This document shows, in pieces, positions 47,501-61,600 of a DNA stretch of 64,000 nt; position 1 is the stretch's first letter, and every line of letters begins with the position of its first letter. Origin of the DNA: Schmidtea polychroa (lineage: Eukaryota); NCBI GenBank assembly GCA_044892525.1, contig CM097885.1, positions 112,344,001-112,408,000 of the forward strand, written 5' to 3'. A model generated the notes under the pieces. It saw only the letters and a list, made by a program, of their open reading frames with translations, was not told where the DNA came from and searched no databases. The position numbers were made by a program, and so were the translations under genes.

Positions 47501-49043
47501 NNNNNNNNNNNNNNNNNNNNNNNNNNNNNNNNNNNNNNNNNNNNNNNNNNNNNNNNNNNNNNNNNNNNNNNNNNNNNNNNNGCAGCATTTATTATTTAAA
47601 ACAATAAAATGATAATTTAAGCCTTTTGCTGCAAATAATGTATTTAATGAAAGAATTTTCGACTATACGATAGTCCTAGATTGACAAGGAATATCGTATA
47701 GTCGAAAATTCTTTCATTAAATACATTATTTGCAGCAAAAGGCTTANNNNNNNNNNNNNNNNNNNNNNNNNNNNNNNNNNNNNNNNNNNNNNNNNNNNNN
47801 NNNNNNNNNNNNNNNNNNNNNNNNNNNNNNNNNNNNNNNNNNNNNNNNNNNNNNNNNNNNNNNNNNNNNNNNNNNNNNNNNNNNNNNNNNNNNNNNNNNN
47901 NNNNNNNNNNNNTAATTAAAATTAATTTAAAATATCTAACTCATTTATTTGCATCGGAATGAATGCTGTTTCATACGATTGAAGAAGACTTGATCTGAAA
48001 TGTTCTAAATTTTCATATGTTGAAAATATTTTTTGGAGTTTATGTCAACTTTAAGAAACATGTATTTCGGGAATTCGATTAAAATGTTTTTAATAAGAAT
48101 GTTTTTAACCCATTACCTCCCACTGTACTCACATGTGTACACTTGTTAAAGTTGTGATTTCATGTTTTTCTATAATGATTATCCTGGAAGTAGTGACCCA
48201 TTTCAATAATAAGTGGCACTAGTACTCTACGAAGAAATTCAATATGGTGGCAACGCAATGATAACCGTCATTATTGTCGATTTGTTTTGTTCATAATAAA
48301 TAACGGTTAAAAGTAATTTTTACGTGTAGTTTTATTTTGGGCGTTAATAGGTTAATAAAACCATTCCAATAACATTTTTCTTTGCAGGAAAAGGGACACG
48401 GATGTTTTGATGAAACAAATTACGAAATTAGAAAAATCTATTGCATTAGAGGAAGAAAAAATTGAAGAATTGGAAATGAAAAAAAAGTAATACTTGAAAA
48501 TTTAGCTTTGAAATTTAAAAATATTTTTTATTTAGACTTTTTGCATTGAGTGATGTAAAAGTTGAGGACCAAGACGAATTTCTTGAAAGATTACATAAAA
48601 AAGTTGAAGAAGTCTACCGAAACTGCGTTTCTGATAGAGAGGCAAAAATGAGGTTATTCCATTCAATAGTTTTTTTTAATGAATTGAAAATATGATTTCA
48701 TTGTTTTTTCAGCACACTTGATATGTTGACCGGTATAGAAAATCAGTTAGAATTACTTTTTGAAGCAATCGATCAAATGCCACCTGAAAAGGTTGAAATA
48801 GCTCAAAAGGCAAAGGATAAGGAAAGGAGAATACAAATGAAAGAAGAAAAGAAAGAACAACAAAGACTGCATCACGAAGAGAGCAAATTAAAAGCTCTCA
48901 AACGTGTTGAAGCACCACCGAAGAAGCAACTTGGAAGACGGTTGGTTGGTCGCTCAGAACCTCCTCAACTGCAAAAAGAAGATCCAGCATTAAATGATCA
49001 AAGAAATAGGGAAGAAGAGGAGATGGCATATTTTTTTACGTAG
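38529..49043 (+). CDS. CFAP100: Host cilia- and flagella-associated protein 100 (CCDC37, DUF4200), multi-exon
   Basis: NPFKFRDDVDIFALRDEER, EKETLSEYITKKREMFLLQYSLGVKREEMRKLEE..AMFDEFLKENDK, LYFKDHQDMLNIFTELEESNLSLIQ, TLDMLTGIENQLE..KERR..EEEEMAYFFT*. GT-AG introns include 46, 45 and 42 nt ones. The start exon is tentative. Confidence 0.93.
39178..39993. mobile_element. Tigger/pogo-like non-autonomous element (spans a gap)
   Basis: TIR CAGTAAGCCCTCGAATAACA(C/T)GG with TA flanks. Confidence 0.88.
41571..41780. mobile_element. hAT MITE
   Basis: TIR CAGCGTTT; perfect 8-bp TSD GTATATAG. Confidence 0.9.
42430..43026 (-). mobile_element. piggyBac-like remnant
   Basis: Ends GGG+TTAA; degenerate peptide resembling the piggyBac C-terminal region. 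Confidence 0.4.
43790..44685 (+). pseudogene. Decayed mariner element
   Basis: Degenerate LG.RK.C.RFV.H, DN(T)PV and PYSP(N)LA..DF motifs; right TIR GGGACTTATTGAATGCACCACG+TA. Confidence 0.75.
45390..45710 (+). pseudogene. Tigger/CENP-B HTH transposase fragment
   Basis: VAEKYVISANTLSTIRTNKEKL...KRKRMRTGKFDMVD. Confidence 0.75.
48109..48351. mobile_element. piggyBac-type MITE
   Basis: TTAA-CCCATTACCTCCCA ... TGGGCGTTAATAGG-TTAA. Confidence 0.8.
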
Positions 49044-49329
49044 AACTTAATTTGTGTCCATTTTTTAAATTAATTTAAATATTTATTGTTGAAAGAGAAT
49101 TATTGGATTTATTTTTGGATGTATTGTAAAGAAAGTTTAAAATTTAAATTTAGATATATTGGCAATTAATTGATGTTTTGACCGATTAACTGATGGTCAA
49201 AGGCCCATCAATCACCAATTATGAATCGTGCTAATCATATAGAGGTGCCTTGGCAAGAAAACTATTTAATGCCGTAGTTTTCTAGAAACCATAATAATTT
49301 TAATTTTCACAATAAGTGGTACGAAGTTA

Positions 49330-50050
49330 AGTTTTTTTTGCTCCAGACCGTCAGTGCCACACAATCTACCATTATATTCTGTACATTGATATCTAGTGCT
49401 TTATACTTTTCACTTTCTCGTATTATTACTTACCTAGTAAAGATTCTGCACTGCAGATTTTGATTGTTGTGTTGAAGTTATCGATGGAATTAAATATTAC
49501 CAATTATTGATCTGGCTAAGCTTCTCTTGAGATATTAACAGCAATAACAGGTTCTTGGTTTTACCAATATTTATTTATAATTGTAATTGCTTATTACAAC
49601 ATATAATGAGTAATAGGCCGTTTCAATGATAACTAAACTGCTTCTCGGTTTCCTTCGTCGATATACTTGTGCTAATTGACTGGTTACTTCAACTTCTGTT
49701 TCGCTTTCGTTAATCTCTCTGATACCTTGTTTCCAATTGCCATTCCTTCAAATTAAGATAAATTCCGACTCTACTGTTTCACCAGTTTTGTAGTATTCTC
49801 TAAATATTTTGTTTATTGTTCTTTCGTCCCATTCAATTTGTATATCTCTCCTTTTTTAGGTTGGCATTTACTGGTATTTGGAGATAATTTTAAGTTTTTC
49901 AATTTTTGTCTCCAAATAATTTGCGGCTAATTTCTTGTTTATCTCAGATAACTGTTGAGATATAAAATCACACTTGATTTTGTCATCTTTTTCTTCGACT
50001 TGCTCTGTGATCCGTCTGTTATCTTAGACTAGTTGTCTAGATTTGGAAAT
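49330..50050 (-). pseudogene. Possible non-LTR RT remnant
   Basis: Heavily degenerate RPIT-like and KA.D-like motifs only. Confidence 0.3.
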
Positions 50051-52239
50051 TTAATTTTGATTTTGTTTTGCTTTTAATTTGTATTTATTATTTAAGAACA
50101 ATCTTATCGTATTTCATTGTTTAATTTTATCGATTCTTTGACATTTCCTTTTCATTTTTCCATTTCTTCCCTCATGCCCCTGCTTCTCAGAAGTCTGGAG
50201 CAGCATACCGTTATTTTTATACTTTTTCCCCACACTCACTTTGCTCACTTTAATAATTATATATAATATCATTATTCAGGTATCCTCAACAGTTAGTAGA
50301 GAACTCGAGAATTTTTTTTTATTAATAACGGGTATTAAAGCGTCTTTGTGCATACTTTGATATAATATTCTTTATCAGATGAAGATGAAAAGTTTTTAAT
50401 TTTAATTTGCTAGGGTAGAGAGTTTTATTAATAAATTATGGTATAGATCAATGGTTCTCAAACTTTATTTTTATTTTACCACCAGGTTGGCGTACCATCA
50501 CTAAAGATCTAATCAAAAATAAAATGATTCAACAAAGAAAGGCCAACTTCGGGACGATGTCTCTTTTGAATGTCATTTAATTAACATGAACTCATCTATC
50601 CGGTTGTCTGCCTTGATAATTGGTTGTAAATGGTTTAATATTGTTGGAATAGAACGTGAAATTTTGTCATTAATTTACAGTTTTCAGTTTATTATTATTC
50701 ACCTAAACTTGAATTGAAAAGAGAGATGATTAGGATTCCCAAACCCGGGTGGCGGGTGTAACGATAAAATAATTTTAGTTTAAATTTCTTTTCTAATAAA
50801 AATTTTAAAATCTTAAAACAAATATAATGCCAATTGTAGGATAAATAAAATAGAAATGAATTAATATTCTGTCATGTTTGTTTTATCTGATTATGAGGCC
50901 TTTTACAATATGTAATTCTAAAATTAAATGGGAAAATTAGTCATTAGAAGTTGATAAAAACTGGGAAATATAGTGGTACATGTCACGGACTACGGAGGAA
51001 TCTATTTTATTGACTATCGTTGACTGTGGACCTGGATAGAAGATGAAGACGAATTTTGACAATGGAACTAGTTTCCAGGAGACAAATGGGACATCGTTAT
51101 CTGATATAATCTTGCATCCAAAGACTACAAAAATCAGAGCACAGCTCCTTCAGATAAATTGTTTAAATATCATTGAAAATTCTAGAAGTTATCGAGAAAC
51201 ATTGAGGAGTACCCAGTGATTTCAAAGTTTGTGAGAAGATTGTTGTAAAGTCAATCCGTAGAGAATGCACTGCTCGATGTCTCAGTGGAATCATTACCGG
51301 CCTAAATTCATTCACCAACATCGAGATTGGCGGAGTACCTCACCATTTAGCGGACATTTGAGTATTGCAGGAGTAATCCATTGAACCCATCGATATCCAT
51401 TCAAAAAGCAATAATCTTTTCAACGATTCTTCTGTTGAGCCAAAACTGAGACTTTTATCTTGTACTCTGCAGTACTTTTTATTTATTTTTATTTAAGAAA
51501 AGAAACTTCTACGCTACAATACTTCTACTTCATTTATCTGGAAATTTTAAGAAAAAAGCAACTACCTTTTTGCTTCAAAACCACTTCAGAAGCCGATGAC
51601 ATTAAAATGATGGAGATCTTTCAGTAACCAAGCATAAACGGATTAGTATATTTTTATATTTTTTCATCATTTTTATATCATTTCAACATTTCCCTTTTTC
51701 TAGGAAATTTATTATCTGAGTATCATCTCATAGCAAATTAGTTAAATTTTTAGGTATTATTATATTTTTTTTATGTATAACATTTCTAGATACCATTGCT
51801 GTTCAAGAATCCTAGGTCCTACCATTTTAAAATCATATATAAATATAAGTTTTAGGAAATTATGTACTATTATTATGCCTAAATTCTAGGCATTTCGTCG
51901 AATAATAGCCAAACGATAATTTTCAGAAAAAAATTTCAAATTATTGTTAAAGAAATTTTATGTCAGTTTATGCCAGTGGTTGGCACGCATGAAGTCTTCG
52001 AGAGCCAAATAAAGGTTTTCCTGTATTACAAAGAGCCACAACATATTGTCAATGTGAGCCACACAGCTCACCAAAGAGCCGCACTTGCCCACTCCTGGTC
52101 TATGTCAATGAAAAAATATTAATGAAATGCGTTATCGGAATCTTAGACTCAACAATTATGTTTGAGATGTTATCAGTGAGAAAATTTTAACAAAGAAACC
52201 AAGCATAAGTTTTGCAAGTAAATAAAATGAATCTTTGAC

Positions 52240-53570
52240 CTACCAAGGTTGGTTAGATCTAATTCTAGTAACTAAGAGGTGTAGAAGTTAGTGCGACTGA
52301 TAGGCAAAACCAACTAGTGTATTCCCAAATCCTAACCTGCCACCAGATTATCTATTAATGAGAATGACTATGGAAAGTAGTAAATACCACGTATTACAAA
52401 GTAAATGTATACACGAAGCGTGAAAAGACAATCGCACCTTCCAGAGTAGCAGTGACAGAAAGATAAAACGTGTAATGCTGAGTTGCAGTAGAAGCAGTAT
52501 GATAAATACAAATGAAATCCACCGGTGAAGTCAATGAGAATTTTGATGATTTTAACAAATTTAAAATAATAAAAGAGGTCGTTATTTCATTATTCTCAAT
52601 AACCTTTAGTGTTGGGCTGAACATAGAATAATATAGCGGTTAATGGCTAAGGACTGAATAAAGAAAGAGAAACAGGAAATAGGAAGCAAATAAAAATAAT
52701 TAAATGTGGTAACAAATAGGATAAGATTATAAAATAATAGGAAAAGACAAGAAAATAAAATTTAAACAAAGAAATAAGAGAAAATATAAATAAAAACATG
52801 AAACATCAATTTAAACTCAGGGAAAAGCCAAAATAGGCCGTAAAAACATCAGACATGAAAACGCGAGGAAAATAATAGAACAATAAAACAACAAAATAAA
52901 ATAAAATAATATATAAGAAAAAACAATAAAAAATAATGAATAAAGAAAAATAAGCAAAAAACAACCCGACTCAATTATGATTGGTCGAAAATTAATATAT
53001 AAAGCGGCCGCTAAATTAGTTAAGTATCGACTTAAACAATTCACTACAGGTCAAACTACTTCAAATTAAATTCAGGAATTACTACGAAGAACTATTTAGG
53101 ACTACAGAGCATACTATTTAGGCACAACCACAGAACAGAAAATTCATTAGAAAACTCTCATTTAGGACTTTAATACTCGAGAAAATCCACTTAGTAAAAT
53201 CTTAGCCGAAGGGAAATTTCATAGTTTAGCCATTAACCGATTCGAGACAGTAAGTAAAGATTTATTTCTTTTTATGATTTATTTAGAGTATTTTTTTGTA
53301 TCATTGGATTTTATGTATATGTAGCTTCAAATACTAAATAATTATGACGAAATGTTTTATGTCTTTTCATTTCATGGAACCGGACACGGTGTCACCTGGA
53401 GGATCTGAGTATGCCGGACTAGTATTATGAAAACAATGAGAATTTTTCGAATTTTGGAGCCAGAAGAACTATGATAAATGTTTGAGGGACTAGTGGTGAG
53501 TTAGTCCATAGAAAATCATTTTAATGTCATCACATACTCGGACTCCAAAAGGCATGGTCGCCGGATAAAA
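52240..53570. mobile_element. LTR-like repeat with internal CCAAT/TATA
   Basis: GATTGGTCGAA..TATATAAAG architecture as at 9340-9390. Confidence 0.35.
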
Positions 53571-55127
53571 TTTATTTATTTATTTCATTATAAAAGTAAA
53601 AGAAATTAAAACACAACCATTATAATTTTTATTACATCAATAATGGAAATTGGGAAATCTGTTTGGTCAGACGGTGCAGACATGGTGGACAGTGATGTCG
53701 GTGATGTCTGGGTGAGTCTGGCGAGTGGAGGAACCAAAGCTGCTGAAAGAAAGTATGGAAATAAATAACTGAGGGATGGCAGTTCGTCTCGAGTGATATT
53801 TCGACCAAAATCTTCAGTTCCACAAGAATCATCGCAGAATTCACTATCACTATCCATTATCTTTTGCGACTTTAGAAATTCACGAGCGTTAGGCGTCGAA
53901 TCCAATTCCTTCTTGAATTCTTATCGATAAACGTACATCCGAGAGTCGAATGTAGAAGTAGAAATTTAAGAGGTATAAATCCACCATGAACATGCGAACA
54001 ACGATGAAAAATCCATCTTCTCGTCGAATTTCCTAGGTGAACATTGCAAACACGAATTATTTAGACAGCGCCGCTTTCCTCCACAGTCGACGATTACTTG
54101 AATTTTTCTGATAAGCCATTGCTAGGCGAGTTACCCTTCTGCTAGATCACCGAATTTTGCAAGATAATCATTTCCCCTAACATATCAATAAACAAACGTC
54201 GAAACAACACGAATTTTCCTTTTTGATCGATAAGCCTGCCATCAGTAATGCAATGGTTAGTATAAACACTGACAGTAAACGAGATAATCACAAAAATCCT
54301 GATACGATCTTGAATCATAGAGAGCAGATGGCGTTAACTGTAGGGAAAGTTGATATGATTATTGTCCTAATGTCTACTGTAGCGGCCTGCCGAGAGATAA
54401 ACAAATCGAAATCTTCTAAGCGACCGTGTTACCACCGTCTGATTTTTGCTTGATTTTGATGAATAATTTCCATCGGGTTGGTGAGATAAATTAGCAATAA
54501 ATATTTATGACATGATTAGATTCTAATTTACCGATTCTCAGACCGTGGGAGATAAAACGGCATTACCACATACACAGTAGGAGAAATTCTCCCGCACACA
54601 CATCGTCGATTAGGCAATTTGACCTAGTAGTAATATTTCGTATTGCACGATAAATCTATTTTGTTCCAACCGACAAATTAATTGAAGTACAAATAGAGAT
54701 AAATAAGATGTTCAAGTTAATATGAATTTCTTGTTCTGATAATTGGAGGACGGTACAGCGCAAATTAAATAGAGTAATCAAGGTAAATCCAATATCAAAT
54801 TATAAATTTCACCGGTAACAACTATATAACGTTTTCTTTTTCCTTCATTTGCCAAACGAGGTAACTAACAAATTTTTGTCATAATAATCTTCAAAGGTAA
54901 ATTGCACATGAGTTAATTAGTAAAGTAAATGACGACATATAATAAATCAAGTTTTGTTTATTCACTGATCAGGTTTCCGCTCCTAACGGCCTAATGGTAA
55001 CTAATTCATTTTAATAAAAATAAAAATAGGAGTAATGATATGGTGTGAGGGGAATCGATAAATTGATCAGCATTATTTCCTTTTTGTCCTAATCCGTCAA
55101 ATTGTAATCTTATATTATCATTCAGAA

Positions 55128-55850
55128 ATGTGCGAACCCAGCTTGCCGCCAAAGGGACTTCAGTCATGTTTCTCATGCGCTGACAAGAATGCAGATATAA
55201 AGAAGGTGCAGGAGTACAATGGGGCTCTTAAAAAATGAATCGAATATTATGAGGGTACGTGGTTCTCCCCACCACAAATGAAGGAGGAGCGAGCGAAAAT
55301 ATTGCGGCTGGAGCACTGCCGTGACAGTCTCCTGGAAGAGGGCCGTTGCCAACGGCTGACTATCAAAGCCCAGTCGGAGGCTCTCCACAAAATCTATACT
55401 GAAAAGGAACTTCTCCAAAGGGTGCGAGAATACCCGATCATCGATGGGACTAATGTCTTCCCAGTACACCACCAACAAGACAATCCGCAAGCCTCTAAAT
55501 CTCATTGCAGTGGGTACGGAAATGATTTCCCACCTCTCATCGCTCCAACCTTGTCCGGATTTTCTAAAACCAATGCCACCTCGACGGCGAATGTCATCAA
55601 TCCTGATTCAATGCCCAAGAAGCGGAAACGGCCATCACGGGCCGAGAAGAACCAGAAACGAAGAGATACCATCGCTGCTTTGGAGGCATCTCTGTTCGCG
55701 GCCCAGTCGTCTAGGGAACGAAGTCCAAAGGCCCAAGCACCTGTCTCAACCAGGGATTTTCGAATTGTCTCCACGGAAGTGTGTCAACTCCGAAAAGACG
55801 CCCGGCTACAAGTGGATATCGATGCCCTGTTAGCTGAGGGTGAGATGTAG
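55128..55850 (+). pseudogene. GC-rich orphan ORF (240 codons, one in-frame TGA at 55236; 190 aa open from 55278)
   Basis: Splice-acceptor-like TTCAG before the ATG, coiled-coil-like N-terminal part, PKKRKRPSR basic patch, downstream AATAAA near 55962. Confidence 0.45.
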
Positions 55851-56386
55851 CAATGAATGACAATCGTTTCGAACTCCGGATCCCGTGTTTCGATATCTTG
55901 TGCACTCCACGTACAATGGAGTATTTTTTTTGTAAATATATTACTTTACTCATGTTGGTTAAATAAAAGTATTAGTATTAGAGTTATTGTATTCAATCTG
56001 ACTGTGTAAGTTAAGAGTGTGAAAGTGATAAAATCTAAATGACCCAGGTTCATCGCATGAAAGACGTCCCTTGGACCAGGACGCAAGTTCGATTAAAAAG
56101 AATGAGGTAAGGCCTTCTATGGCACTCGCGAACCCGCACTGTGAAGTCTACCGGGAGTAGTTCTAACATAGGAGCTCACCTGCTGGTAGATTGCGACCTA
56201 TGTGTACACTACCAACGTGTTACACCAGCACGGGTACAATTAAGGGAGATGATTGCAACATCATGAAAGTTGCCTGGAGTATGTCATCTGAGCACGGAAA
56301 TGTTTTTTTTCTCTTTCCCTGGGTAACCAACATTAGTCTAATTTTGAAAAAATTCCAATTAAAATTTAATGGAAAATCACTTATTG

Positions 56387-56628
56387 CAGCGGTTTTCAAA
56401 CTGTGTTCCGCGGAACCATAGGGTTAAATGAAATCCCAAGGGTTCCAAAAAAAATCAATAATTTAAAAGAAATTGCTTCATTTCTCACCAAAAACGTCAA
56501 TAGAAATTTCAAGAATTTCATTAAAAAACTTGAATAAATTATTTAAAAAGCATATAAAAAGCTAACTATCCATAAATAAATTTATTTCACATAAGGGTTC
56601 CGCGAGCTTTTTAAGTTTGAAGACCACT
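56387..56628. mobile_element. hAT MITE
   Basis: CAGCGGTTTTCAAACT ... AGTTTGAAGACCACT with GGTTCC subterminal motifs. Confidence 0.65.
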
Positions 56629-58081
56629 TATTTATTGTTTTCATCTTTTATTTTATTTTCTTTTAAAATTTAATTTATCTTCATTATAACTAAAAAAATT
56701 GATATATAGTATTAAAAATTAATAAAATCCAATTTTATATAATAAATCTAATAATTAACAAAAATGTTTCGAAAAAAATAGATAAAAAGTGTAAAATTAA
56801 CTTTTAGACTTCATAATTCATGTCATGTCAGATTATTTTTATTTACTTATCTGCACTTTAAAAAATATAAGTACCCCTATCATGAGAGTATTTTTGACCA
56901 TAAACGTGCGCATTTGTATTTGTATTTAGATTACAATGAGACAATAATATAAAAAGTACACAAAAATATTTGGTCTAAAATTTCGTTTAATTTTATTAGA
57001 GGATTTTAGAGAAATTTTGAAATTTGAAAAATAATATTTATTTTTATTTGAGAATTTTGATAAAGTAATTGACTTTGGTTTTGCGTTTTGAAAATTTTAA
57101 AATTAAAATCAAATAAGTTGTTTTACACTGATTGCAGAAATATAAAATCTTAAATATTATAGAAAAATTGACAAAAACAATAAAAAATTATTTTAAAATT
57201 TAAATAAAAAATATCAGAGGAAATTTTAAATGTGAAATTAAATAATGTGTTAAATGAACTTGAAACTTGCAGCAAAGGCTTCTCATATCATTTACTAATT
57301 ATTAATAATATTTATTATCAAAAGGCAATTAATTATAATAAAGAAGATCAAAATCTTCAACTTGACATTCAAAAACTTTCAGAATTCAAAATTCATTTTT
57401 TGTGTTAAATGAATTTGAAACTTCCAGCAAAGGCTTCTCATATCATTTANNNNNNNNNNNNNNNNNNNNNNNNNNNNNNNNNNNNNNNNNNNNNNNNNNN
57501 NNNNNNNNNNNNNNNNNNNNNNNNNNNNNNNNNNNNNNNNNNNNNNNNNNNNNNNNNNNNNNNNNNNNNNNNNNNNNNTCACCACTTATTTCTTTTCAAT
57601 TGACATTGTATTTATTAAAAAGCTTAACTATGAATCAGTAAATATATGTAATTATTATTATTTTGATTATTAAAAACAGCACAAGCTTTGTGATACCCAA
57701 TGCAAATCTCAATTGTAGACTAGTTTCGAGCTTTAGTCTTTCATCAGTACAATGCAGGAGACGCGAAGATTTCTCTTCGCGCCAGGTAAGTATACAATAT
57801 TGCTGATTCAACTCTATTGCATACTTTCGCTGGTACACTAGAAATCACATCACGTGCAAATTAGCTAATTCACAGAACAAATCGATAAACTTGTAAACAT
57901 GTCGTATGAAAAATCATATTCACCTCTGCGGACCAAAGAATGAGTCGATACACAGAAACCATTTACAAGTGCATCCGATTACCTTTAGTGTTTTAATTTA
58001 TAAAGTAATGGTATCATAAAGCTTGTTCTGATCATTTTCGAGTGTAAGACATCCGACAAAAAAATTGAGACCATTACTTAA

Positions 58082-58125
<44 letters not shown>

Positions 58126-58601
58126 GTATAAATGCTCAACAAATTAGAATAAAATTATAAAAGTTATTAGTTTATCTAGTTATTAGTTTTTACTCAGAAA
58201 ATTAAGCGAAGTTTTTTAAGTTTTCTAATTGAAACCTTAATGTATATGGTATTAATATTAGATTAATAATAATTATTATCATTAAATTTNNNNNNNNNNN
58301 NNNNNNNNNNNNNNNNNNNNNNNNNNNNNNNNNNNNNNNNNNNNNNNNNNNNNNNNNNNNNNNNNNNNNNNNNNNNNNNNNNNNNNNNNNNNNNNNNNNN
58401 NNNNNNNNNNNNNNNNNNNNNNNNNNAAATTTTAAATTACTATTTTATCTAAACACTACTTTATTTATTATGAATTTATACATACGGGGATCTTTGTGAA
58501 TAAATATAATCTTAGAATATGACTGCAGTTTGTTGAATACTCATCGGATTAAGCATGGCCACATATAAAAGTCTCATAATAACATCGGCTACCAGTGAAA
58601 A

Positions 58602-61600
58602 ATGAAACTTTCATTCTCTCTAATCATTGTTCTATTGACAACTTTGCATTTCAGTAAGATGTTAAAATTAAATTATAAAATTTATTANNNNNNNNNNNNN
58701 NNNNNNNNNNNNNNNNNNNNNNNNNNNNNNNNNNNNNNNNNNNNNNNNNNNNNNNNNNNNNNNNNNNNNNNNNNNNNNNNNNNNNNNNNNNNNNNNNNNN
58801 NNNNNNNNNNNNNNNNNNNNNNNNNNNNNNNNNNNNNNNNNNNNNNNNNNNNNNNNNNNNNNNNNNNNNNNNNNNNNNNNNNNNNNNNNNNNNNNNNNNN
58901 NNNNNNNNNNNNNNNNNNNNNNNNNNNNNNNNNNNNAATTGTCTATTCTGCAGAAAATGCAAATTCAGAAAATTCCTTGAATTTATATTTAAGAAAATTA
59001 ATTTCAAATTTTAAACTTTTGATTCCAACTGGTGATGTGGACCTTGATATTCCGAAAATGGATCCATTAAAAATTAACAATATAGAAGTAAAAGTTAATA
59101 AACCTTTGGTTTGGTTAAACCTAGAAGTAGCTATTTTAATAATGATAATAATTAAAATAAGAATTTAATATTAATTTATAGCTTCATCAACTTTCGTTAA
59201 CTGGTTTATCAAATTTTCGTACCGCAGAATTAGTTGCTGATATTAATACGCTTAAAATTAAAGTTCGACTAATATTTTCTGAACTAAAAATATCTGGAAA
59301 ATATATCCTTGATGTAAGCATTTTATTCCTTAATTTTAAATATTTAAATTGTTTTAAATATTTTATGTGAAATTATTTATTACTTTCCGATAGTAAATTA
59401 TTTTAAAATTGCAATTAAAATATTTTGAATTTTCTTTAACATATTTTGATAAATTCTACTTACAAAAATCTAATCATTTTGCTTTAATACAGTAAAAATT
59501 TACGGTAAATTTTTGATAAGTGTCACTTTTGATAAATGTAATACAAGATAAGTATTAAGTTAGTTACCATATAGCTGGATAAATAAACCCCTTTTAAAAG
59601 GAATAGAAAAATGGATTCATTAAAATTGGATACTGACACTCTCTATTTTAATGAATTTTATAATAATTTATTCACACTTTGTGACACTTATTGACAATTT
59701 ACAATATTTTTTATTCATGTTTTGCAAAATTTAGAGAAAGAGAGAAATAATATTACTCATTATTTTTTAAATTGTTTAATTTTTTTTTAAATAACTCTTT
59801 CATGTTTGAAGGGCTTGGGAATGAAGTTTATTCCAATATTTGGTAAAGGAAATACAACAATAACCGTCAGAAATTTTGAAATAAACACTTTAATTGCACT
59901 TAGTGTCGATGTTGAAACGGGAGCATTGAAACTTTCACAATTCGAAATTAAAACTAATTATTTAAAGGGAAGGGTAAGTTTTATTTTTTATGTTTTTAAT
60001 TTGATTTGAACTAAATATTCAAGAGTTATTTATGTAATAGTGAAATATGTATTTATAAATTATTAATTTATAATGGTTTATATTTATGATATATATTAGA
60101 AATTAAATATTACATTTTCATANNNNNNNNNNNNNNNNNNNNNNNNNNNNNNNNNNNNNNNNNNNNNNNNNNNNNNNNNNNNNNNNNNNNNNNNNNNNNN
60201 NNNNNNNNNNNNNNNNNNNNNNNNNNNNNNNNNNNNNNNNNNNNNNNNNNNNNNNNNNNNNNNNNNNNNNNNNNNNNNNNNNNNNNNNNNNNNNNNNNNN
60301 NNNNNNNNNNNNNNNNNNNNNNNNNNNNNNNNNNNNNNNNNNNNNNNNNNNNNNNNNNNNNNNNNNNNNNNNNNNNNNNNNNNGTTTAATAACTTTTAAT
60401 AATAAGACTATCATATTTTTACTAATTTGTTACTTTTAAATTAAAGATTTATTTAGAAATAATAATATTTTACTTAGAATTTTCGAAATATTTTTCAATT
60501 ACTTATTTTAGAAAATAATACGATTTTATGGTGTTTTAGAAATATTTTGAAATTTTTGAAAAAGCGTAAAGTACTAGAAATAGTTAAGTATGAAAATTTT
60601 CAGAAAAAACAAATAAAACAATTAAAATTGTAATATTTAAAAATCTAAGATATTAAATTAATTAAATAGTTTTTTCAAGCTTTATTTAAAACAAAAAATT
60701 ATTTTAGATTTTGAATTATTGTGTTCTCAGTCAAATTTCTATTTAACAAATTTTGTAATAGTTTTTATTTATTTTTTGTCACTTTTAATTAATTATTGCT
60801 TTTGTTCTGAAAATGTTACATTAAATGATTTTCGCAAAGTATATTTCTTTTATTATTTATAATACATGTTTTGATAAATTTCTCGATTATTTCAGAAACA
60901 TTAGAATAAATTTACCATGTATTGGAATCATATTAAAGTGACAAGTCTAAATTTTTTATTTGGAGTTTGATGTTTATAATTTGAAACTTTGCATTTTCTA
61001 AGGTTTGTGCCCTATCCATAATTTCACTGACAATGGTAACTGGAGCGATGGGTATATCAAGACGGCTTTTAATTATTCTTTCCATTGGAATACAATTCGA
61101 AATTCCTTCTACTTATGCTTTTATTATATCAGCTTCGTTGTGAATCAGAAAACGAAAAAAATGTTTCAAATCATTGTTTGTTGATAAGTAACTTATATCT
61201 TCGAAAGTATTTAGTACAGATGCTATAACTCCGACTTCGTTAAAACTCTTGTTTGCATATTAAATAACAACTTTTTAGAGACTTTGCAATCAAGAAAAGA
61301 CATTGATTTTAAGAATAAAACACAAATTTCAAGAAAAACAAGTTTGCAAAATTCTAGTAATTTAAATTAAAATCTTTACAAATTTAAACAAAAATTACAA
61401 AACTCCAGAAAAACTCCAAAAGTAAATAAAAAATTACTATTTTACAACAAAACATTACATAAACTTTATGTCATCTTCACAAATATTTCTTTAAGAAATA
61501 TGAATAATAACACTGGCCTACAAAGAATTTTTTTTGGTCTGATGTCTAAGATTTTTCAACTGATTTATATCATTTTGGCAAAGCTAAATCCAAGAATGAC

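Noticed and set aside
50981-51496. Solo LTR (TGTCACGG...CTACA)
   Set aside because: No TSD, and no PPT or PBS support.
56040-56110. B-box-like GTTCGA as a tRNA or SINE head
   Set aside because: No A box at proper spacing and no cloverleaf.
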